Virus record (IMG/VR): IMGVR_UViG_3300032233_002382 | Location: 96,001 to 160,000 of that record | Strand: one strand, 5' to 3' | DNA length: 64,000 bases | From: a virus | Lineage: Duplodnaviria; Caudoviricetes | Shown here: in pieces, positions 9,291 through 17,603 of the stretch | Numbering within the stretch: the stretch's first letter is position 1 | Layout of the letters: every line of letters starts with the position of its first letter | Notes under the pieces: model-generated | Told to the model about the DNA's origin: nothing | Database searches by the model: none | Seen by the model: the letters and a program-made list of their open reading frames with translations, nothing else | Position numbers and translations under genes: made by a program

Positions 9291-12200
9291 ATGTCTACTT
9301 CGCAAATTCAACTTCGTCGCGGTACTGCTGCTAGCTGGTCCTCCATCAATCCTGTATTGGCTCAGGGAGAGATGGGGTATGAGACCGATACTGGCAAAAT
9401 TAAAATCGGTAATGGTACTACTGCGTGGAACGCACTGAGTTATTTCGCTGGCGGCGGCGGATCTGGAGATACCGGTCCTGCTGGTGCTACGGGACCCGCT
9501 GGTGCGGATGGTGCTACGGGTCCGGTCGGTCCCGCTGGTGCTACAGGTCCCGCAGGCGGTGGAGGAACCGGAGCTTTAGTATACTTCGATGAAGACCGAA
9601 GCGTGGCTTATAATACTATAGCGCTAAAACCAGATAGCGCTTTGCCATCAGATGTTAACGTCGCTCTAGTGGCCGGTTCAGGCGCTCTATTAGCTTCAAT
9701 ACCCGATGGGACTGTCGCTGGTGGTAATGATCGTGGCGCTTACGCTTTAGACTTCCAGCGTCTACGAGGCAATGCAAACCACGTAGCTTCCGGTGATTAC
9801 AGTTACATACTTAGCGGTGCATATAATAAAGTCCAGGGTACTGGTTCAGGTATACTTTTCAGTATCGATTCGGGAGTGGTCGGTGCGTCGAACTTCCTAG
9901 CAGTCGGTAATTCAGCTTTCTTGAATGGTGATGCAAACTCAGTTCTTTTAGGCGTGAATAGCGTCGTACAGGGTACCGGGAATTTCGCTGCCGTCGCTTA
10001 TGGTGCGACGATTTCTGGTTTCACTAACTCAGTACTATCTTCACCTCAAGCCTTTATCTCGGGTGATTCCAACTCCATACTTGGTGGCGAGTCTCAGCGC
10101 ATCACAGGCGACCACAGTGTCATCATCAGCGGCGAGAATAACCAAGTAAACGGCGGTTATTACGCGATCATTGGTAATGGTCGTAACAACATTGTGTCAG
10201 GAACCGGAACTGGCGTTCTAATCGGTGCCGAAAACAATGTATGGGGCGACTTATCGGCTGTACTTCTTGGTCAGCTTAACTCGGTAACCGCCTCGAGTTC
10301 CATAGTTCTTAATGGCCAAAATGTGATGGTGGTTGGCGATTCTCATTTAGTGGGTGCTGGATCTGGCCATACAGCTTCTGAAGGATATGGTGTAATCCTC
10401 AACGGCGTTTCGCATCGTGTGAGTGATCAATATGCAACGGTTCTAAATGGCGAAAATAACACTTCTGGAGCAAAGTTCGCAACGATTCTTAACGGTAAGA
10501 ATAACTTTGTGGGTGGGACTGCTTCTTCTGTAATAAGTGGTATGTACAACAGTGTTAACTCCCACTGGTCCGTGGCTGGCGGTGAATCGAATTTCGTAGG
10601 TGGTCGTGCGTCTGCTGTTATCGCGGGTCAAGCGAGCAATGCCAACGCCGATCTATCATTCGTGGGCGCAGGACAGCAAAACACAGTAAACGGAACAGCT
10701 TCATTAATCGGAGCAGGTCAGCGAAATACCGTATCAGATCAGTCAGCCGCGATAGTTGCTGGTAATGATAACCAGGCTTCTGGAGCTCAGTCTTTCATTG
10801 GAGCCGGTTCAAGTCATGCGGCGTCCGGACAGTATAGCTTTATCGGTTCAGGCCAATCAAATCAAGCACAGCAGCAGAGTAGTGCTGTTGTAGGCGGAAC
10901 CGACAATATAGCTTACAACTTCGCTTCATTTGTCGGCGCTGGTTCGACCAATGCTAGCGGATCCGCTTATTCTGCGGTGGTTGCCGGTTATGAAAACGAA
11001 GCTTTCGGGACTGCTTCGATAGTTGGCGCAGGTATTAGCAATAATCCCAACGGAACTGCGTCTGGCATTTTTGCTGGCCGCGATAGCTACATTGAGAGCG
11101 AAAATTCGGTTATTGTCGGTGGCCAGCAGAATACGATCGAGAGCCCGTCAGATAACGCATTCATAGGGGCTGGTTCACAGAACTACGTCGGAGGCGCTTC
11201 TGGATTCGTTGGAGCGGGTCAGTTAAATCAGGTTCAGAACTCCAATTCGCTTATCGGTGCTGGTCAAAGCAACGTTGTGTCATCGACAGAATCGTCAGTA
11301 TTGTCGGGTACCGGAAACGAAGTGTCGGGTAATAACTCGGCTATTTTGTCTGGAAGCTTTAACGCGGTGAAATCCACGAATTCTGCGGTGTTAAGTGGAT
11401 ATCAAAACACCGTCGATACCTCGGCCACCAATTCGGTGATCTTAGGCGGTCAAGGAAACACGGCGTCGGGCATCGGTTCGTTTATCGGTGGCGGCCAACA
11501 AAATATAGCACAGGGCATTCGTTCAACGGTCGTTAATGGCTTATTCAATGGGGCCGGTGCGCTTTACAGTGCTGTGATATCTGGCTATGCTAATTCCGCC
11601 ATCGGTCAGTATTCTACCATATTAAACGGCTCAGGCAACACTGCATCGGGTGATTACTCAGCTATCCTGTCTGGTATCAACAACGAGACCACAGGTTTAT
11701 ACTCCGTCATCATTTCTGGCGAGGGCCACACGGCGTCCGGAAGCAATTCATTCATAGGCGGCGGATACAGCAACGAAGTGACTGCCCAGAATTCGTCTGT
11801 TCTAGGAGGACGAGACAACGTAGCGTCAGGGCCGAATTCAGTGGTAGCCGGAGGTTATGGAAATAGCGCCCGCACCATTTACTCCGGAATACTGGGTGGT
11901 TGGAATAACGAATCGGTCGGGTCCGCCTCAGTGATCGTCGGTGGAACCTTTAACGAAGCAGGTTCTACCGCTACCGGTATTCTTGCCGGTACTAATAACC
12001 TTGCACAGAATTTAAATTCTTCGATCGCTTCGGGTAGACAGAACGTTATTACAAACTCAAGTGCTAACGATGAGTCTAGCTTTATCGGTGCAGGCATCAG
12101 CAATGATGTATCTGGAACCGCAAACACTATTGTTGCAGGGATCGGGAATCAAGTTGGCGGAACCGGATCGGCTATTGTTGCTGGTGATTTGAATTTTATC

Positions 12201-13565
12201 ACCAACGGAGTCTATAATTTTATCGGCGCCGGAGAAAATGTTTCCATACAGAGTTTAGACTTCGCATCCATAGTCGGTGGGAAGTTTAATCAGATGCTCA
12301 CGAACGCGGACTATGCTTTTATCGGAGGCGGCCAATCAAACTCTGTTAGAGGTGTGGCCTCTGTAGTCGCTGGTGGTCGTGATAACTTGACAGGCGATGA
12401 TGCAGAATATGTGGGCGTGTTAGGCGGTCGACAGAATAACATTTATGCGAGTTATTCATCCATTGTTGGTGGTAACCAGAATTCAATAGCAGCTGGAGCC
12501 GAACTTAGCGGTATTCTGTCGGGTTTCAGCAATCAAGTGTCTGCAACAGGATCAGCCATCGTCGCCGGGTATGATAACACCGTTTCCGGAAAATACTCGA
12601 TCGTAGGGGCCGGTTCCTTAAACCAGGTCACCAATGAACATTCGGCTGTCGTGGGCGGTCTAAATAACTTAACATATGATGATTATTCTACGATTGCAGG
12701 CGGTGCTTATAACGTAATATTCGACGGTTCAGCCTATGGGGCGTCTGGACTAAATGTGATTGCCGGAGGTTGGCTTAATAAGATACGCGCTGATCAAAGT
12801 GGCATTTTTTCTGGCGGTAACAATACAGTAACTGCAACTTCATATAGCGTGATCGCTGGCGGTAACAATAACACTATAGACGGCTCCTATAGGTCGATGA
12901 TCGGATCCGGTACTTTAAATCACATAAAGGACGGACAAGAAAGCGTTATCTTCGGGGGAAATAGGAACTACGTGACTGGGGCTAGCTGGGGTTCAGTAAT
13001 TGCTGGTGGATACCATAACTCCGTATCCGGTTGGTTTTCCTCGATACCTGGTGGTCGTGGGGCCAGCGATAGAGGCACTTGGGGAGTGTTCGCCTTATCT
13101 TCTAGCAGCGTCACGGGATCTGCGCAAACGAATGTGTCGCTCAGAGGAACCGCGCAGACTTCGATCTTGCCAGTAAAAACTATTACATTTGACGGTGTTA
13201 CCGAAACCACGATGACTTCATTGCAGCCGGTGTTCGGAGCAACCTCTTACGGAATTCTACAGATTCCAAACGCTTTCGCCGCTAAAGTTCGTCTGGACGT
13301 CACTGCTCGCAACGGTAATCCTGGAGAAGTCAAAGGCTGGTCTTATGATTTCATAGCTTATAATGATAGCGGAAATGTTTTCGTCGATGGTTTAACCGGA
13401 ATGTCTTATGGGTCATATGGTGGGTTTACCGACCCGACAGTGACTGGCAGTAGCTCACTTGGTGGCGTTATTGTTAACGTAATTGGTCCTGGCACTACAG
13501 CCACTACATGGGCAGGCACCTTCTACTCGACCGAAGTAGCCGGTTTAGGTGGTTGGACAGGCTAA
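9291..13565 (+). CDS. Long fibre/adhesin: Mtd/hyaluronidase-like N-terminal module, short collagen segment, beta-solenoid repeats
   Basis: IQLRRGTAASW..NPVLAQGEMGYETDTGKIKIGNG N-terminus, then more than 1000 aa of roughly 15-aa N-x-A-x-G-x-x-S-x-I-x-G-G-x-x repeats. Confidence 0.85.
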   Translation: MSTSQIQLRRGTAASWSSINPVLAQGEMGYETDTGKIKIGNGTTAWNALSYFAGGGGSGDTGPAGATGPAGADGATGPVGPAGATGPAGGGGTGALVYFDEDRSVAYNTIALKPDSALPSDVNVALVAGSGALLASIPDGTVAGGNDRGAYALDFQRLRGNANHVASGDYSYILSGAYNKVQGTGSGILFSIDSGVVGASNFLAVGNSAFLNGDANSVLLGVNSVVQGTGNFAAVAYGATISGFTNSVLSSPQAFISGDSNSILGGESQRITGDHSVIISGENNQVNGGYYAIIGNGRNNIVSGTGTGVLIGAENNVWGDLSAVLLGQLNSVTASSSIVLNGQNVMVVGDSHLVGAGSGHTASEGYGVILNGVSHRVSDQYATVLNGENNTSGAKFATILNGKNNFVGGTASSVISGMYNSVNSHWSVAGGESNFVGGRASAVIAGQASNANADLSFVGAGQQNTVNGTASLIGAGQRNTVSDQSAAIVAGNDNQASGAQSFIGAGSSHAASGQYSFIGSGQSNQAQQQSSAVVGGTDNIAYNFASFVGAGSTNASGSAYSAVVAGYENEAFGTASIVGAGISNNPNGTASGIFAGRDSYIESENSVIVGGQQNTIESPSDNAFIGAGSQNYVGGASGFVGAGQLNQVQNSNSLIGAGQSNVVSSTESSVLSGTGNEVSGNNSAILSGSFNAVKSTNSAVLSGYQNTVDTSATNSVILGGQGNTASGIGSFIGGGQQNIAQGIRSTVVNGLFNGAGALYSAVISGYANSAIGQYSTILNGSGNTASGDYSAILSGINNETTGLYSVIISGEGHTASGSNSFIGGGYSNEVTAQNSSVLGGRDNVASGPNSVVAGGYGNSARTIYSGILGGWNNESVGSASVIVGGTFNEAGSTATGILAGTNNLAQNLNSSIASGRQNVITNSSANDESSFIGAGISNDVSGTANTIVAGIGNQVGGTGSAIVAGDLNFITNGVYNFIGAGENVSIQSLDFASIVGGKFNQMLTNADYAFIGGGQSNSVRGVASVVAGGRDNLTGDDAEYVGVLGGRQNNIYASYSSIVGGNQNSIAAGAELSGILSGFSNQVSATGSAIVAGYDNTVSGKYSIVGAGSLNQVTNEHSAVVGGLNNLTYDDYSTIAGGAYNVIFDGSAYGASGLNVIAGGWLNKIRADQSGIFSGGNNTVTATSYSVIAGGNNNTIDGSYRSMIGSGTLNHIKDGQESVIFGGNRNYVTGASWGSVIAGGYHNSVSGWFSSIPGGRGASDRGTWGVFALSSSSVTGSAQTNVSLRGTAQTSILPVKTITFDGVTETTMTSLQPVFGATSYGILQIPNAFAAKVRLDVTARNGNPGEVKGWSYDFIAYNDSGNVFVDGLTGMSYGSYGGFTDPTVTGSSSLGGVIVNVIGPGTTATTWAGTFYSTEVAGLGGWTG

Positions 13566-13581
13566 ATTAGAATCATGTGAT

Positions 13582-13614
13582 CTGCCTAGACCGGATTCAT
13601 TCCGGTCTAGGCAG
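13582..13614. terminator. Strong hairpin after the fibre gene
   Basis: Perfect 14-bp inverted repeat CTGCCTAGACCGGA-TTCAT-TCCGGTCTAGGCAG; no long U-tract. Confidence 0.65.
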
Positions 13615-13647
13615 GTACAGTTATACATGAATCTCATATTGGTGTGT

Positions 13648-14349
13648 ATGACCGACGTCTTAGGCATTTACGGATCTTCAAAATCCGATTTTCCTAAGAG
13701 TATGTCATACTTAGCACCGGACGCAGCTCAGGCATATATAAACATCTGCCATATCAATCGTCTCCGAATTTCTGACATGTACCGATCGCCAGAGCAGTCC
13801 TTGATAGCTCGACAGACGAAGTCTGGAGTTCAACCGCCGGGCTTTTCCGCACACAATTTTGGGGTAGCTATCGATGTGGATGTAGACGACTGTCTTTCAA
13901 GGTTTAAGAAATCAAAGCCGCAGTTTGATTCGCTAATGGAAGGCTTCGGATGGTATTGCCACCGCAAAGATGGCAAGCGCGGATTCGAAGACTGGCACTA
14001 CAACTTCCTGGGTGACATGAAATCAGACCCGACCATAAAGTCCAAGTTCGAGTCCGGTAGTACCACAGCTGATGCGGTCGAAGAGAAGATTCGGTTAATG
14101 TACGGCAGCCATTTCACGCTTACTAGTAAACAAATACAATCCGAATTGTCTAAGCTAAAGCTATACTCAGGCGATATAGACGGAATTATCGGACCCCGTA
14201 CCAGAATGGCAGTCTCAATATTTCAGAAGACCTGGGGTTTAAAAGAGTCTGGTGAGGCAGACGAACGCACCATGCGTACATTAGTGACAGTCGCTGCCGA
14301 TAAGCACGTCATTAGTTCAGCATCCACTTTAACACATCCAGTAGGCTAA
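13648..14349 (+). CDS. Endolysin: M15-family Zn peptidase plus peptidoglycan-binding domain
   Basis: YRSPEQ, SAHNFGVAIDVD and EDWHY motifs; C-terminal PG_binding_1-like IDGIIGPRTRMAVSIFQK..GL..SGEAD. Start moved to ATG 13648. Confidence 0.8.
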   Translation: MTDVLGIYGSSKSDFPKSMSYLAPDAAQAYINICHINRLRISDMYRSPEQSLIARQTKSGVQPPGFSAHNFGVAIDVDVDDCLSRFKKSKPQFDSLMEGFGWYCHRKDGKRGFEDWHYNFLGDMKSDPTIKSKFESGSTTADAVEEKIRLMYGSHFTLTSKQIQSELSKLKLYSGDIDGIIGPRTRMAVSIFQKTWGLKESGEADERTMRTLVTVAADKHVISSASTLTHPVG

Positions 14350-15358
14350 ATTTAGCAATCCAAGCTTCAGCATCCATGTACCCAAACGTTACATACAGAT
14401 CGTTATTCTGAAGCATCATTCCAGCTGCAAATTCTATCTTCATTTGCTCTTTTAGGAAGAATGGTTTACTGTAGGCGTTTATGAAGCCTTCGTGATTGCC
14501 GTGAATGAATCGGTGACTGTAAACGCGACCGGTCGGGAATTCTGCGACTTCGTGTATAATCCCGATGAAGCCACTTCCGTAGTTAACAAACTGACTACCT
14601 CCTCGGAAATGTTCGGCAAGGCTGCCCTGAAGTTCTACTGCCCTGGTTTTTAACTCGTTTCCATCGTAGACCGTCTGAACGCAACGGTTGAAATGACTGC
14701 TTGCATACAGCCATTTCATCTCGTTCGAGGGAACAATTGGCATCCAGTTCTTTTCTTGTCTGATGATTTTTGGCGTGATGATCGTTAGATCAGTGTACTC
14801 TTCCGTCGCTTCGTTAATTTTGGCCACTCCGATCCGACAACTACCATCGTAGGGAGCCACATCTCTGACCGTAGCAGACACGTGCAGGATACCGTTAATT
14901 TCGAATAAACGGGCATCCTCAAGACCCTCGACTGAAAATCCATTCGAGACATAGAACGGATCCTTTAGTACTGATCTTCTATATACTGAAAGATCCTCAT
15001 TACAATGTAATAAAATCGATTTCGTCCTGATCTTATTATTATCTTCTGGCGGCATGATGTAGTTGCCGCTATTATACTGGTAATTGGAGCTACGAACCAT
15101 AATAACAACGGAGCCATCGGATCTTCTTAAAATGCTTGGATTGAATAACGACCAATTAGGAAATGCAGGTGGTATGTCGATCTTGGCTAGAAATACCTCC
15201 ATGTACTTCGATAATTTCTGAATGTGCGGTGCCCTTGCAAGTCTTGCCCTGTAACAATTCATCTGATCAGTATTGTTGTTCAAGTACTGATCACAGGTCA
15301 AGATCATTGCTTCGTGCTGATCTGCCTGGTTTGGTGCGTTTAGATTGGTATCGGACAT
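14312..15358 (-). CDS. Five-bladed beta-propeller, glycoside hydrolase/phosphorylase-like (GH130/GH43-like fold)
   Basis: FNPSI, GLEDARLF, EKNWMP, FRGGSQ, IIHEV, HRF and IEFAAG motifs. Confidence 0.6.
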   Translation of the reverse strand: MSDTNLNAPNQADQHEAMILTCDQYLNNNTDQMNCYRARLARAPHIQKLSKYMEVFLAKIDIPPAFPNWSLFNPSILRRSDGSVVIMVRSSNYQYNSGNYIMPPEDNNKIRTKSILLHCNEDLSVYRRSVLKDPFYVSNGFSVEGLEDARLFEINGILHVSATVRDVAPYDGSCRIGVAKINEATEEYTDLTIITPKIIRQEKNWMPIVPSNEMKWLYASSHFNRCVQTVYDGNELKTRAVELQGSLAEHFRGGSQFVNYGSGFIGIIHEVAEFPTGRVYSHRFIHGNHEGFINAYSKPFFLKEQMKIEFAAGMMLQNNDLYVTFGYMDAEAWIAKFSLLDVLKWMLN

Positions 15359-15379
15359 CTTTCACCCTGGGAGCTAATC

Positions 15380-16459
15380 GTGAAATTCGGTTCAATTACT
15401 TTATCAGGTAACAGCTCTTCCATCATCGCTGACGCCATTTCGTCAGTAGTTGATGTTGTCGATGTAGTGATTCTTATTGATACTGGTATTTCTGATGATA
15501 CTATACAGAAAGCAAGCCTAGCCGCGAAGGGCAAACTCGTTATTAAGAAATTCGCTTGGATAAATGACTTCTCGGCGGCACGCAATTATGCGCTCGAAGC
15601 GGCCAAAGAGGAGGGATGTGACTGGGCGATAATGTTAGACACTGATGAGCGGATCATTTGGAACGACGAGAATCTTACAGCCATATTAAACTCAAACACA
15701 GAAGATAAACGGAAATTTGACGTTGTGATGGTTAATTCAGTAGACGACTCATATAGCAAAGAGCGAATTTTTCGCATACCGGTTCGAGAAAAGTATTTTG
15801 GTCCGACTCATGAAACGTTCCCAGTGTATAAAGTCGGCGGTTTAATCGCCAAACGTTTAAAGTTCGTCGAGCTACCGAAATCAGACGAACAGTATCGAAA
15901 GAAATTCACTCGCGACCTCCAAATTCTTGAGAAGCACGTGCTCGAGAATCCTAAGGATCCGAGATGGTTTTATTATTTAGGAGATACTAACAAGAACTTA
16001 GGGAGATTCAAGGAAGCGATTCATGCATATGATGCTTGTTACAGAATTAACGGCTGGGATGAGGAATCTGCCTGGGCCTGCTACAGAATAGCGGAGTGTT
16101 TTGTAGCTCTAAAAGATCTTCAGTCGGCTTTAGATGCCTGTGCCAGAGGGATAGGACGACATCCAGGTATAGGCGAGTTATACTGGCTTGCTGGTTGGCT
16201 ATGTTTTCAGATGAACCAGTTCTCTAAAGCGGAGTATTGGTCATATCAGGCGATCAGCGCAGGGTTTCAAGAAGGCTTTGCTTCGAAAGTGTTCCGCATC
16301 GGATTCAGACATCCGATTGGACTGTATGATGGACCGTACGACGTTTTGCGCTGGTCACTACTAAAGCAGAATAAGCCAGTGTCTGAAGAACTTCAATCGA
16401 AATTGGTAAAGGCTATGGAGGCTAGAACAAATGGAATCAAAGCAGTCACCGGAATCTAA
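15380..16459 (+). CDS. GT2 glycosyltransferase with TPR repeats
   Basis: IDTGISDDT, WINDFSAARNYAL, LDTDE (DxD) and HE motifs, then TPRs (DPRWFYYLGDT..A..AY, WACYRIAEC). Confidence 0.85.
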   Translation: MKFGSITLSGNSSSIIADAISSVVDVVDVVILIDTGISDDTIQKASLAAKGKLVIKKFAWINDFSAARNYALEAAKEEGCDWAIMLDTDERIIWNDENLTAILNSNTEDKRKFDVVMVNSVDDSYSKERIFRIPVREKYFGPTHETFPVYKVGGLIAKRLKFVELPKSDEQYRKKFTRDLQILEKHVLENPKDPRWFYYLGDTNKNLGRFKEAIHAYDACYRINGWDEESAWACYRIAECFVALKDLQSALDACARGIGRHPGIGELYWLAGWLCFQMNQFSKAEYWSYQAISAGFQEGFASKVFRIGFRHPIGLYDGPYDVLRWSLLKQNKPVSEELQSKLVKAMEARTNGIKAVTGI

Positions 16460-16817
16460 TCAGCCGGAGTCTGGTGACCAGACCGTTGATACGATGTTGA
16501 AATTCCTTAAATCCCCTCGAAACACCTTTTTAGTCGGGGCTGTAGTCGGCGTGCTTTTTACTAATGCTTACAATATCCCTCACAATGCGGAAATCGAGGT
16601 ATGTAAAGCCACTGTTAAAGAACGCAATGAATTTATTACGAAGATGATAGAAGAGAATCGAATCGAAGCGGCTAGTCGGGAGAAATCTCTTGCTGCTCAG
16701 CGTGATTCATTCATCGAAATGGTAAGAGAAATGACTCAGAGAATGTCTCGCCAAACTATAACTCCGGTCATTGAATATAGATACCGGACTAAGCCTGCCG
16801 AAAGCACGAAAGAATAA
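16431..16817 (+). CDS. Membrane-anchored coiled-coil protein (possible lysis accessory)
   Basis: One N-terminal hydrophobic helix followed by a charged helical segment; lies between lysin genes. Confidence 0.55.
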   Translation: MESKQSPESNQPESGDQTVDTMLKFLKSPRNTFLVGAVVGVLFTNAYNIPHNAEIEVCKATVKERNEFITKMIEENRIEAASREKSLAAQRDSFIEMVREMTQRMSRQTITPVIEYRYRTKPAESTKE

Positions 16818-16864
16818 ACGAGAGCTTCTCGTTCAATAGAATTTTTCTTCCTAGTGATATGTGA

Positions 16865-16888
16865 TCATGCCTGATTTCCCAGGCATGA
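16865..16888. terminator. Intergenic hairpin
   Basis: TCATGCCTG-ATTTCC-CAGGCATGA 9-bp inverted repeat. Confidence 0.45.
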
Positions 16889-16913
16889 AATTCCGTATAT
16901 ATACGGAGGTCAC

Positions 16914-17570
16914 ATGTCACTCGTGCTCGCTTCACCCCTACCTAAAGGCGCTGAATACCTCGCCGATATTGCGGCGAAAGTCGCCCCTCAGGGCGGTGTT
17001 TCTCCGTATCTACTTCTCGGCATTCTTTATGCTGAATCAAATTTCGGCATGGCGCTTAAGCCGACCGGTCCATCTGGATCTGGCGACTTCATAGCCCGCC
17101 CCACTTCTCCAGATCGCGACAAGAGAATGGCTTCTAATCCGCTCCCTGGCGTGGTTAAGAAGACTCTGGCTGAGGGTATTAAAGCCCGTAAAATTGCTGG
17201 CCCCTGTGAAGCCTGGGTTCCCACCACCAACGGCTGGGGATGCGGCTTATTCCAAATCGATTATGAGGCCCACTACGAATTTTGCAAGTCTGGACAGTGG
17301 ACTGACCCCGAGAAGGCTTGTGCGTACGCGGTTGGAATTCTCAAGTCAGCTAGATCTTCACTCGTCAAATTAGTGCCTGGTATATCGGGCGTAAACCTGG
17401 ACCGCGCCATGATCGCCAGCTATAACGCTGGTGCTGGTCGTGTTTCGAAATTCCTGAAGGAGGGAAAGTCTCTCGATGACTGCACTTTCCACCCAGGGTA
17501 CGTCGACAAGATCTGCAATAAAGCCGACGCTCTTGCCGGTCATTCAGGTTCCTGGATGACTGTGGGGTAA
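16914..17570 (+). CDS. Lysozyme-like lytic transglycosylase (SLT/goose-type)
   Basis: LGILYAESNFG (catalytic Glu), GLFQID, ASYNAGAGRV and YVDKI motifs; GGAGGT SD. Confidence 0.8.
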   Translation: MSLVLASPLPKGAEYLADIAAKVAPQGGVSPYLLLGILYAESNFGMALKPTGPSGSGDFIARPTSPDRDKRMASNPLPGVVKKTLAEGIKARKIAGPCEAWVPTTNGWGCGLFQIDYEAHYEFCKSGQWTDPEKACAYAVGILKSARSSLVKLVPGISGVNLDRAMIASYNAGAGRVSKFLKEGKSLDDCTFHPGYVDKICNKADALAGHSGSWMTVG

Positions 17571-17603
17571 GAAAGACCTAATCAACGCCAAGAGGAGCGA
17601 AAA

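Noticed and set aside
9291-13565. Diversity-generating retroelement suggested by the Mtd-like N-terminus
   Set aside because: No reverse transcriptase, no template/variable repeat pair with adenine-specific mismatches and no C-type lectin C-terminus seen in the window.
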